From Macrostomum lignano (lineage: Eukaryota): a stretch of DNA of 45,186 nt. The first letter of the stretch is position 1; each line of letters opens with the position of its first letter. Location of the stretch: positions 1 through 45,186 of the forward strand of contig NIVC01000310.1 in assembly GCA_002269645.1 (NCBI GenBank), in the 5' to 3' direction. This document shows positions 30,910 through 42,421 of the stretch, piece by piece. The notes beneath the pieces were generated by a model that was given only the letters and a program-made list of their open reading frames with translations, had not been told where the DNA came from and made no database searches. The position numbers and the translations under genes are program-made.

Positions 30910-33900
30910 TCAGAGCAGCCGGCAAGTTCTGCTGGTCTCGGACTCCCCGTTTCGTTGCCTTCGCGGTCGCCTCGTCTCGCCATCGTCTTCGTCTCCTTCG
31001 TCGTCCCAGTCGATGCCTTTTCCCCGGTCTTTGCTGCACAGCCGGTGCAGGGCGATCCGGTAGGCGCCGCCGACGGGGGAGCGGACCGACCCGGCCGCCT
31101 CCTCCAGGCTTCTCTCGTCGATGCCCAGCTGGCTGAGCTGCCTGCGGGCCGCCGCCTCGCGTCGCTGCCTCCGCCGCTCCTCACGCCGCGTGTCCCGCTG
31201 CCCATTACGCTCTTCTCCTGGAGGCTCCTCGGGCCGCTCAGCCGCTTGCGGCTTCCGCTGCGCCGCCCTGCGCTCCGCCGCAGCCGCCTCGGTCAGCCAA
31301 GCGGCTCCGGCGACTTCAGTGGCCTTCGGACGGGCGTCGGGCTCCGACTGCAGCAGGGCGGCCACGAGCTGCCGCGCCGGCTCCGAGATGAAGGCCGGCA
31401 GCCGAAAGTCGCTGTCCAGCACCAACTGGCGCAGCCGACCGAGGGTGGCCGCGCGGAACGGCAGCGCCCCGGCCAGCATGAAGAACAGCAGGACGCCCAG
31501 CGCCCAGATGTCCACCGGCTGGCCCCGATAAGTCGATGAGGATTCCCGGCGGAAAAGCTCGGGCGCCGCGTAGGGCGGCGAGCCGCAGAATGTGTGCAGC
31601 TCCTGCTGCGGCCTGGCCACCGTGCTGAAGCCGAAGTCCCCGACCTTCACGTGACGCGGCCCGGCGAAGAATACGTTCTCCGCCTTCAGGTCCCGGTGGA
31701 CCACGTGACGCGAGTGCTGCGGTCGGGGAATGATTTGCTTTAGGCTGACTCATGCTTGACTACTTACAGTAATGCGAACAGCGAATATTCCCAGCCATCT
31801 TAAACCAATTCCGCACAAATCTAAACTTCATTTTGTCCGACATGCTACCTGTCCCCTCCCCAAGCTACCTGTCCCCTTCCCCAAGCTACCTGTCCCCTTC
31901 CCCAAGCTACCTGTCCCCTTCCCAAGCTACCTGTCCCCTTCCCCAAGCTACCTGTCCCCTTCCTCAAGCTACCTGTCCCCTTCCCCAAGCTACATGTCCC
32001 CTTCCCAAGCTACCTGTCCCCTTCCTCAAGCTACCTGTCCCCTTCCCCAAGCTACCTGTCCCCTTCCCAAGCTACCTGTCCCCTTCCTCAAGCTACCTGT
32101 CCCCTTCCCCAAGCTACCTGTCCCCTTCCTCAAGCTACCTGTTCCCTTTCCCAAGCTACCTGTCCCCTTCCCCAAGCTACCTGTCCCCTTCCTCAAGCTA
32201 CCTGTCCCCTTCCTCAAGCTACCTGTCCCCTCCCCAAGCTACCTGTCCCCTTCCTCAAGCTACCTGTCCCCTTCCCCAAGCTACCTGTCCCCTTCCCCAA
32301 GCTACCTGTCCCCTTCCTCAAGCTACCTGTCCCCTTCCCCAAGCTACCTGTCCCCTTCCCCAAGCTACCTGTCCCCTTCCCCAAGCTACCTGTCCCCTTC
32401 CCCAAGCTACCTGTCCCCTTCCCCAAGCTACCTGTCCCCTTCCCCAAGCTACCTGTCCCCTTCCCCAAGCTACCTGTCCCCTTCCCCAAGCTACCTGTCC
32501 CCTTCCTCAAGCTACCTGTCCCCTTCCCCAAGCTACCTGTCCCCTTCCCCAAGCTACCTGCTCCCTTCCCCAAGCTCGGAGCGCATGCTCTGAGCAAGCT
32601 GGGACACCCGATCTGACTTGCTTCTACGCCAGTTCTCTCTTAGTCAGAGAGGCCTGTCTGAGAAAAATGAGTCATGCTGCACTGAATGGAAGCAACGTAA
32701 CTCGATAGCGACAGAGGCTTCGAGTTCTGCCCAAGTCCCTTTTATTCCTTTGCTACTCGTACTTGCTAACTGTAGCTGCTATCTTCCTGTCATAAAATCT
32801 CTGCTCCACCCGTCAATATATTTAGCTAGCTCTCTCAACTCAACCTGCTATGTCCTCATTCACGGTTCTCCCTATCCCAGTTCCTTATATCCACTTACTC
32901 ATCCGCACTTCCCCATCCACAGTTTCCCATCCTCGGTTCCCCATCCCTAATTCTCCCCATCCCCAGTTCCCCATCCCCAAATCCAAATCCCCAGTTCCCC
33001 ATCCCAGTTCCCCATCCACAGTTCCCCATCCCAGTTCCCCATCCCCAGTTCCCCATCCCCAGTTCCCCATCCCCAGTTCTAAATCCTCAGTTCCCCATCC
33101 AATTCTCCCCGTCCCCAGTTCCCCATCCCCAATTCTCCCCATCCCCAGTTCCCCATCCCCAGTTCTAAATCCTCAGTTCCCCATCCCCAATTCTCCCCAT
33201 CCCTAGTTCCCCATCCCCAGTTCCAAATCCTCAGTTCCCCATCCCCAATTCTCCCCATCCCCAGTTCTAAATCCTCAGTTCCCCAGTTCCCCATCCCCAG
33301 TTCCAAATCCTCAGTTCCCCATCCAATTCTCCCCGTCCCCAGTTCCCCATCCCCAATTCTCCCCATCCCCAGTTCCCCATCCCCAGTTCTAAATCCTCAG
33401 TTCCCCATCCCCAATTCTCCCCATCCCCAGTTCCCCATCCCCAGTTCTAAATCCTCAGTTCCCCATCCCCAATTCTCCCCATCCCCAGTTCCAAATCCTC
33501 AGTTCCCCATCCAATTCTCCCCATCCCCAGTTCCCCATCCCCAAATCTCCCCATCTCCAGTTCCAAATCCCCAGTTTTCCATCCCCAGTTCCCCATCCCA
33601 GTTCCCCATCCCCAATTCTCCCCATCCCAGTTCCCCATCCCCAATTATCCCCATCCCTAGTTCCCCATCCCCAATTCTCCCCATCCCTAGTTCCCCATCC
33701 CTATCCCAATCCCAATCCCAATTCTCCTCATCCCAGTTCCAATCCTCACCATGTGCTCCACAGCCGCGGCCACCTGGCCGAAGATGTTCCTGGCCCGGGC
33801 CTCAGCCATGCGGCCCTCCCGCCGGATTTTCGTGAACAGCTCGCCACCTGGCGCAAACTCCATCACCAGGTGCAGCTTGGCGACGCTCTCGATCACCTCG

Positions 33901-36900
33901 AACAGGCAGATCACGCAGGGATGCTGCAGCCGCTCCATCACTGTCACCTCGCGAGAGAGAAGCTGCTGCGTCTTGGCGTCCAGCTTCGTCTTGTCCAGAA
34001 TTTTTATTGCCACTTTCTCTGCGGGCGTTTAGGATAAGCGGCTGCGGATAATCTCGGGCGTGCTGCTGGAGGTTCGCTGTGAGGATTTGTTCCCTCCCAG
34101 ATCCTCAGACTATGGCGCCAGCCTCCCAGATCCTCAGACTGTGGCGCCAGCCTCCCAGATCCTCAGACTGTGGCGCCAGCATCCCAGATCCTCAGACTGT
34201 GGCGCCAGCCTTTCAGATCCTCAGACTGCGGCGCCGCCCTCTCAGATCCTTAGACTGTGGCGCCAGCCTCTCAGATCCTCAGACTGTGGCGCAACCTTCC
34301 TAGATCCTCAGACTGCGGCGCCGCCCTCTCAGATCCTTAGACTGTGGCGCCAGCCTCTCAGATCCTCAGACTGTGACGCCAGCCTCCCAGATCCTCAGAC
34401 TGTGGCGCCACCTTCTTAGATCCTCAGACTGCGGCGCCGCCCTCTCAGATCCTCAGACTGTGGCGCCAGCCTCTCAGATCCTCAGACTGTGGCGCCAGCA
34501 TCCCAGATCCTCAGACTGTGGCGCCAGCCTCTCAGATCCTCAGACTGTGGCGCCAGCCTCCCAGATCCTCAGACTGTGGCGCCACCTTCCTAGATCCTCA
34601 GACTGCGGCGCCACCTCTCAGATCCTCAGACTGTGGCGCCAGCCTCTCAGATCCTCAGACTGGCGCCAGCCTCTCAGATCCTCAGACTGTGGCGCCAGCC
34701 TCCCAGATCCTCAGACTGTGGCGCCAGCCTCTCAGATCCTCAGACTGTGGCGCCAGCCTCCCAGATCCTCAGACTGTGGCGCCATCTTCCTAGATCCTCA
34801 GACTCTGGCGCCACCTTTTCAGATCCTCAGACTGTGGCGCCAGCCTCTCAGATCCTCAGACTGGCGCCAGCCTCCCAGATCCAGACTGTGGCGCCAGCCT
34901 CCCAGATCCTCAGACTGTGGCGCCACCTTCCTAGATCCTCAGACTGCGGCGCCACCTTCTCAGATCCTCAGACTGTGGCGCCTGCCTCTCAGATCCTCAG
35001 ACTGTGGCGCCAGCATCCCAGATCCTCAGACTGTGGCGCCAGCCTCTCAGATCCTCAGACTGTGGCGCCAGCATCCCAGATCCTCAGACTGTGGCGCCAG
35101 CCTTTCAGATCCTCAGACTGCGGCGCCGCCCTCTCAGATCCTTAGACTGTGGCGCCAGCCTCTCAGATCCTCAGATTGTGGCGCAACCTTCCTAGATCCT
35201 CAGACTGCGGCGCCGCCCTCTCAGATCCTTAGACTGTGGCGCCAGCCTCTCAGATCCTCAGACTGTGACGCCAGCCTCCCAGATCCTCAGACTGTGGCGC
35301 CACCTTCTTAGATCCTCAGACTGCGGCGCCGCCCTCTCAGATCCTCAGACTGTGGCGCCAGCCTCTCAGATCCTCAGACTGTGGCGCCAGCCTCTCAGAT
35401 CCTCAGACTGTGGCGCCAGCATCCCAGATCCTCAGACTGTGGCGCCAGCCTCTCAGATCCTCAGACTGTGGCGCCAGCCTCCCAGATCCTCAGACTGTGG
35501 CGCCACCTTCTCAGATCCTCAGACTGTGGCGCCAGCCTCTCAGATCCTCAGACTGGCGCCAGCCTCTCAGATCCTCAGACTGTGGCGCCACCTTCCTAGA
35601 TCCTCAGACTGCGGCGCCACCTTCTCAGATCCTCAGACTGTGGCGCCACCTTCTCAGATCCTCAGACTGTGTCGCCAGCCTCAGGACCTGGCAAGATCCT
35701 CAGTTGCCAGACCGTCGCCACCACCCATATTCTCAGTCTGGGCCTCAGCCCTATAGCGGCTACAGCGCAGCATCTGTAGAAGTACACTCTGTCCAGCATC
35801 AGGTTTCGCAGTGCAGGGCGCCGCGGCATTGTAACAGAACTTCATTGGTCAGGCGCCACTGTCTCAGCTGCCCAGGCTGCGCCGGCACCCACTGGGCAGC
35901 CACCCCTCGCTGCTGAATATTTGAGCGCGGGCTGTCCCAGCCCGGGGGGGGGGCAGCCAAAGCAGCAATCCAGCGCAGCGCTCGCTGCATGAAGCAGGTG
36001 TGGGATGGCGGGAAATTTCTCCCAGCTCCCGCAGCATTGTTTCCTACTTGCCACTCGCGACTGTCCCCGCTGTCGCGGCTGCTTAGACGGGGCGGCTCCG
36101 CTGGGGGGGGGGGGAAGCTGGCTCCCATCTTCAGCTTCCGATGACGCAGAAAAGTTCATTCAGGTGTGCAACTGCCAGCCCCGGCTCGCTGTGGCATAAT
36201 TGAATGGAGGGCTTGGCGTCGCCCAGCTGCTCGCCTCCCTTCTCTTCGGCGCATTCCAGCTTCCTTCTCCCCATCTTTATCTCCCTCTTCCCCCGTGCCT
36301 CATTATTCTTCTGCATCTTCCCTCCCCAACTTTTTTCCTTTCTGAGCCTGGTCTCAATATCCCACCAGAACGTTTCAACCTTCATTCCGAACGTTCTCGA
36401 TGCGCCCTGGCAGCCTGTCACAGGATCTTCGCCCTCTCGTGTCCCGGCCCTGTCACTGGACCTTCGCCCTCTCGTGTCCCGGCCCTGTCACTGGACCTTC
36501 GCCCTCTCGTGTCCCAGCCCTGTCACAGGACCTTCGCCCTCTCGTGTCCCGGCCCTGTCACAGGACCTTCGCCCTCTCGTGTCCCCGCACTTCCCCCGGC
36601 TCCGCTTCTTCCCTGTATAGTCTATCTCTATTCTCGAGCAACAGCGGCAGCTCAAATTAGAATGGCGCTCCTGAGTAACCATGGCGACAGCGGCTCTGCA
36701 GATACTAAAGCAGGCAGCAGGAGCTCAAGGATGGGCAAATCCTGTGCGTGCCAGGACTCGCCTGCAGCTGCCCTTCCGCCTCATCATAAATTTATTGTCT
36801 GCCTCCTGTTGCTGTTTTCCACATTTCTCTCATCCAGCCGCTACTAAAAGTGCTGATCCGAATAACTGACCCAGCTGCAGCGAGCCCGAGCAGCTGACGA

Positions 36901-38368
36901 GGCTGCTCAGCAAGGAAAGATGGCGTCACAAAACGCTCGGCACCGCTGCAGGATAAAAATAACTCGCGCCTGAAACTCTGCCAGCCTGCACTCTTGACAG
37001 ATTGAGTCAGCACGCAGGGAGGGGATATGGGAAGAATGCTCTGAGGGTGCTCATGCATATTCAAACTCATCCTCTTTTCAGCTTGTCGAACTGTCGAATG
37101 CCAACGGGTTTTCTCAGAGTGAGTGCAGGCTTGAGTGGCAGAAGTGGTTAACAGACAGCGAATCTGCAGTGCTGCGGCTTGCTGCAAGACTGAAAAGGGA
37201 AATCAGCAGGAAGCGGGTGCTCAGGCCGCTGATGACATGCCCGGAGTCCTTTGATCCGACCGCCACCTGCCATGACAGCAGCTGGCCTGCTGAATCGAAC
37301 CGAAGTCTGCTCAATTAAAGAGACGAACCTGATCTGAGTGCGCTCAAAGCATCCGCACTGAGCCAGAGCGGGACAGCACCTGCGAGAACTTCCTGGACCT
37401 TCCACCTGCAAGACACGGGAATAACCGATGCGCTCCTAGAGCTCAGTCTCAATAGAATTGAGATTTATGATTTTTGAATTGAAAGTCAGTTAATTGAATC
37501 TGACAATTGCAGCATGGCTCAGCCCAGGCGTCACTACAAGCATGGCATGGGGGTGACGTGACTTCCGCAAAGGTTGCGTGCTGACGTCTGAGGATAAAAT
37601 TGCGAAACAGACATTCGCTCTTTTGCAGAAAGATGGGGAGTAGAGAGCGGCATTTGAGTGTCAGCAGTGAGGCAGCAGTGAGGTAGCAGTGAGGCAGCAG
37701 TGAGGCAGCAGTTAGGCAGCAGTGAGGCAGCAGTGAGGCAGCAGTGAGGTAGCAGTGAGGCAGCAGTGAGGTAGCGGTGAGGCAGCAGTGAGGTAGCGGT
37801 GAGGCAGCAGTGAGGCAGCAGTGAGGCAGCAGTGAGGCAGCAGTGAGGCAGCAGTGAGGCAGCAGTGAGGTAGCAGTGAGGCAGCAGCGAGGCAGCAGTG
37901 AGGTAGCAGTGAGGCAGCAGTGAGGTAGCAGTGAGGTAGTAGTGAGACAGCAGTGAGGTAGCAGTGAGGCAGCAGTGAGGCAGCAGTGAGGTAGCAGTGA
38001 GGCAGCAGTGAGGCAGCAGTGAGGTAGCAGTGAGCCAGCAGTGAGCCAGCAGTGAGGCAGCAGTGAGACAGCAGCGAGGCAGCAGTGAGACAGCAGCGAG
38101 GCAGCAGGGATCTCATCAACTTACCCTTGGTGAGCTCGTGCGTGGCCAGCTTGACCTGTGAGAAGTTGCCAGTGCCCAGCAGGTCGTGCAGCCTGTAGAA
38201 GCCGACCCGCTGGCCGAGCGCCAGCTCCTTCTGCACCGCGGCGCTGTCCAGAAGCTCTTTGCTGAGCCGCGCGAATGCGCTGGGCAGCTCGTCGCTGTCG
38301 TCTTCCTGACCGCTGCCGTGGGCCGCCGCCCATGCCGTGTGCGGCACAATAGGATCACCGGCTGTCAT
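30910..38368 (-). CDS. NIM1K: NIM1-like AMPK-related Ser/Thr kinase (exons 38368-38125, 34018-33750, 31716-30910)
   Basis: LGQRVGFYRL..LGTGNFSQVKLATHELTK|EKVAIKILDKTKLD...LLSREV, HRDLKAENVF, VKVGDFGFST, TFCGSPPYAAPELF and VDIWALGVLL are NIM1K-type. Splice phases (1,0) are consistent. The protein ends in a CaaX motif (CRLL*). Confidence 0.95.
31845..32575. repeat. 21-bp minisatellite (AGCTACCTGTCCCCTTCCCCA), NIM1K intron 2
   Basis: About 34 copies; reads TGGGGAAGGGGACAG|GTAGCT on the transcript strand. Confidence 0.96.
32872..33743. repeat. C-rich degenerate repeat (CCCCATCCCCAGTT), NIM1K intron 2
   Basis: Dense C4 runs up to the donor at 33749. Confidence 0.92.
34097..35690. repeat. 29-bp minisatellite (CAGATCCTCAGACTGTGGCGCCAGCCTCT), NIM1K intron 1
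   Basis: About 55 copies; 29-aa periodicity across frames in the ORF track. Confidence 0.96.
36413..36586. repeat. 35-bp minisatellite (CCCTGTCACAGGACCTTCGCCCTCTCGTGTCCCGG), NIM1K intron 1
   Basis: About 5 copies. Confidence 0.9.
37663..38106. repeat. 11-bp minisatellite (GCAGTGAGGCA), NIM1K intron 1
   Basis: About 40 copies beginning ~18 nt after the exon-1 donor. Confidence 0.96.
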
Positions 38369-39117
38369 GGCAGTGGCCTCGCATCCCGACGGACACCCGG
38401 GCTGCTCGTCTCCCAGTTTTAGCCCGGGTGCAGGTCCAATCAGCGCTTCGCTTGCTGCCTGCAGCCGTGCTGGCCAATGGCGGCGTCTCAGAGCTCAGCT
38501 GTGCGGAGCAGGCGGCCGGCAGCGGCTTTCCTCCAGCTTACGCGATCGCAAATTGGCCGCTGAGGCCCAGGCGCAGGGCTGCAGTTTCTGTCCCAGGCAG
38601 TGGAATATTTAATGAACTGCTTGAAATTTGGGCTTTGAATTCCAGGGGAACTTGGAGAGGATTGGGAATTAGAGATGTTTGACGGGATTGACTGGGAGCC
38701 AGTTACCTGACTGCACTGAGCTCGCTTTGCAGATTTCAAAGAGTAGGCGGCGGCCGCTTAAACAATTGATATGCGTTGTCGGTGTACCAGCCCCTGTCTG
38801 AGCAGAGTCTGAGCAGAGCAGGGCTGGGTGAGAGGGGCTGCTGGGTGAGCATGAGGCGGCAAGGTACACCATGCGTTAGTAGTCAGAAAATTGTGTAAGC
38901 TGCATAGCGTGAATATGGGATTTTGTTTGCACAACTGCGGTCTCAAAGACCAGAAGCTGGTGCAAATACAGCTCGGCCTCATCCATCACCAGAAACTCTT
39001 CTTTCAATTTAATTTCAACCTAAAATTCGGGGACCAGCGAAATTGATAGCTGAGGAGCTTCAGGGAAATGAAACTGCCGTGCGTGCTGTGCAAGGATCGG
39101 CTAAGCCTGGAAAATTA

Positions 39118-39736
39118 ATGACTGTCTGGCGTTCAAGACAGAATTTGTGTCGTCAATTGTCTCATTCAGCGGTATGAGAGGGTTTTTAAGGAGTGTTTTT
39201 GTGCGGTGTGCTGGCGTTTCTGCTGTTAAAAGTTGGAAGTGTAAATGATATATGCATAATGAGTTTTTAAGCTTTATTTGATCGATCGACGATCTCGATC
39301 AGGCGGCCTTGTAGGTTGTAGGCACAGAAAAATGTATGGTGACTCCAGGGATCATTGCACTCAAAGCGAAATTGAATCACAGGGCAAATGCTTTTGATCT
39401 TGTCCTTTCTGACCTTTTTGCCCACGTGACAGCTTGCATGCGCTGTCCAATAGGTTGCTGTATTACGCTGGTACCAGCAGCAAATATGGTATCGGCAGTG
39501 TGGACGACCTGCCCCTGAATCAGTGGCAACTGCAGTCTGGCAACTCCACGGGCCAAAGAGCTACATCTTTCAGCCAGTACGTGTAAGACTGTGCGCTTCA
39601 TACTTAACAATTTGAAGAATGAATTCGCAGAAGAATTCTGTTCTTGCACACAGCTAACACGATCAATTGCGCAAACTGCGGCTACATTGCAGTGTTAGGC
39701 GACAATTGGCCGAGCCGAACTTCCAGCTGTTGCTAA
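39118..39736 (+). CDS. Candidate small spliced gene of unknown function, divergent from NIM1K (exons 39118-39171, 39322-39338, 39454-39582, 39631-39736)
   Basis: Phase-compatible GT-AG chain giving MTVWRSRQNLCRQLSHSA|AQKNVW|LLYYAGTSSKYGIGSVDDLPLNQWQLQSGNSTGQRATSFSQYV|... No homology was recognised. Confidence 0.25.
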
Positions 39737-40175
39737 GGCGCTGCTCGGTGGTACCTGTGCACTCCACCATATGTGCTGATGCTGAGTAGCTCTTTAGTGC
39801 AGCGGGAAATATAGCTACTGTCACACAGCTAGTGCATGGCTCCCCACACAGCTGATTCAACTGCTATTCATGAAGCAGAATTTTGGAGTATAAATTTAAT
39901 CTGATCTGACGTTGAATTATATGACAGAATTTTTTCTAAACAGAATGTTCTTTGCGCAAATTAAAAGCGTCATTTTTATTTGTGTTCCAATTTTATTTTC
40001 ATTTTCCATTCTTTTGTGCTTTTTAACAGCAAAATTTTTTATTAAAAATCATATTTCTCTACTTTACTTTAAACTGTTTGCAGTATTTTTTACAATAAAT
40101 AAATGAGACACTGGTAATGAGAGATAAGTTAAACAATTGTTGTGTTGCCAAGGATTAAATATCATTGAAATTAAG

Positions 40176-40992
40176 TTACGGAACGTAACGGGAAGGTAGT
40201 TAATTACGGATAGTGATACGGATAGGCTACGGGAAAATTAAATACGGCTATACTACAGATACACGGCTAAAATTTTGAACCCTACGTGGAACTCTATGAA
40301 AATCGAATTCATTTCAAGTACTTTGTTGAGTAACTCTGAGCATAAATCTTAAAAAAGTCTGAGTATTTGTCAGAGTAACTATTCCTTTGCTATTCCTAAA
40401 CCCGGACCTCTCCGACATTTTCAGGCCCGAGAATCTCTGCCAGCTCGTCTGCTACCTAAGGGCTACCGGGCGAGCGACAATCCACCCCCTGGACTCTCCG
40501 GAGGGGGACCACGCTGCGGACACCGGCACAATCGGCACTAGCTGCCCGTGGTCGCCAGGCGTTAGCGGAATGGGCTGCAACCGCCCCCTCGCTGTTTCCT
40601 GATGCACGGAGCCCCTTGCAGCAAAGTCAAGTAAGTCAAGAGCACAAATCTAAAAAACTCTGAGTATTTGTCAGAGTACTATTCCTTTGCTTTTATAGTT
40701 ATGCGCGTAATTTATTCTATGGTTTTATTAATAAGTTACTTTGTTTAATTGGATTCCGTTTTCAATAAATTCAAACGACTCATATTTGAACATGCAAAAT
40801 TTGTGATCATAGTCTTAGATCGTATGTTAATGAAATATATGACAGCAACTATATGGTATACCATATTTCCGTAAGTCGTAGCCGTAAGAGCAGGTATCTA
40901 TTATAGGCGTATCCGTAATTGCCGTAGGTATCTATTTTACCATATTTGCCATAGGATCCAGTAGCCATAGCCGTAGCTACGGCAGAACACTA
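40176..40992. mobile_element. DNA-transposon remnant with inverted subterminal TACGG/CCGTA repeats (host of the LINE fragment)
   Basis: About 5 TACGG copies at 40177-40247 and about 5 CCGTA copies at 40869-40975 in the opposite orientation. The left TIR was not identified. Confidence 0.45.
40392..40639 (+). mobile_element. 5'-truncated non-LTR retrotransposon 3' end flanked by ~53-bp direct repeats
   Basis: GC-rich island in AT-rich DNA. It encodes ...[19 protein letters not shown]..., resembling a LINE ORF2 C-terminus, and ends in AAGTCAAGTAAGTCAAG. Flanks 40338-40391 and 40640-40691 are near-identical. Confidence 0.6.
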
Positions 40993-41556
40993 TAACTAAA
41001 GCATATATAACAAATCTAGGCCTATAACTAAACATAAAAAGTTTCTAGGCCTATGCCATACTTTCAAAGAGTAATGATAATGATGCTGCTTTTTGGGGGG
41101 GGGGGGAATAGTTGCATACAAAAAGGTCCCAGGCAGTCTAGTATCGCATATATAGCATACATCAAGGAGTTAGAAAAAAGATTTTGGCATGCTTCACACA
41201 ACAGCGCCGCATTTAAATTTTTTGGCGTGCCATCACTATCAGAGCTAGGCACTATAGCTGTACACATTGGAATTTTTAAGGCTTTTAAAACATAATGCGA
41301 TAGCTTTTAAAATGAGTATCCTAGGCCTATGGCATTCCTTCAGTTTACGATCATTGAAATTAGTGACAATGACGATCCCCATTGGAGAGATAGTGAAGAT
41401 ACAAAATTGTTGTTTATTTCATCAAAATGCAAAAACAGTAGACAAGCACTCCAATCCTTTTTATTTATCCATCATAACACTAGCTGCATGTTCAAATGAA
41501 AAAAGAAGGTAAAGGGGTTATAGTGATCCATTTCATAGTTCCAAGAATCCAAAGAT

Positions 41557-42123
41557 GATCCTATATATCCACTTCAGTTATCGGTTTACAATCATTTAAA
41601 CGGAAGCAATACATGTAAATGATCGTGAACCAAAGCTAGCGTATGTGTGTAAGGGGGTTTTGGTGTTTTACAAGCTTTATCTGAAATTGATCATTATCTC
41701 AATACATGGCTAGCTTCGGTTCACGATCATTGACATGTATTGCTTATATCTAAATGATCGTAAACCGAAGATGAGGGGGGGTAGCAGCGTGCAGAGAATA
41801 ATAAAGCATCAAGTTACTTGGGAGCGCACATTAACTCAAGATGACATTTCAATCGCCAACAAGCCACCAAATAAATATATGACTACATATGTCTTCGACA
41901 CCCCCCTCCCCCTTAGCTTCGGTACACGATCATTTAAATGGAAGAAATACATGTAAATGATCATGAACCAAAGCTAGCCATGTATTAAGATAGTGATCGA
42001 TTTCAAATAGAGCTTGTAAAATACCAAAACCCCCTTACACACATACGCTAGCTTCGGTTCACTATCATTTACATGTATTGCTTTCGTTTAAATGATCGTA
42101 AACCAAAGTGGATATATGGGATC
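41557..42123. mobile_element. Foldback element: ~225-bp inverted arms, each itself palindromic
   Basis: Arm 41557-~41782 is the reverse complement of ~41897-42123. Each arm holds two inverted copies of a ~60-bp module (CGGTTTACAATCATTTAAA...TACATGTAAATGATCGTGAACCAAAGCTAGC). Confidence 0.8.
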
Positions 42124-42421
42124 CTCGTCATCGCCATGCCATGAAAGAAACCATTTGTTGGCTATTCCGTTCAGTTTTTTCTAATGTAACGAATAAGCTC
42201 AGTTTAACAATTTTTGTTTATTTCAAGCAAGCTATTATCATTTATATGAAAAATTACATGGGGATTGTGAACCGAAATGTGGGTGGAAAAATGATTGTAA
42301 ACCGAAGGAATGCCTATCCTATAATATAACAATATTAAAAAGCACATTGTTTTTTATTGTAAGGTAAAATTTTTTTAGGTCACTATAATAAATAAGAATT
42401 TTTATAAACAGCGAGCTTGAC

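Noticed and set aside
31772-35916. SPSY (CTD-like), PIP-rich and DPQTVAP repeat ORFs
   Set aside because: All lie inside NIM1K introns on the opposite strand and are array translations.
35700-37420. GC-rich non-repetitive stretches in NIM1K intron 1 as nested gene or alternative exons
   Set aside because: Overlapping short ORFs in several frames, with no motif and no phase-consistent splice chain I could defend.
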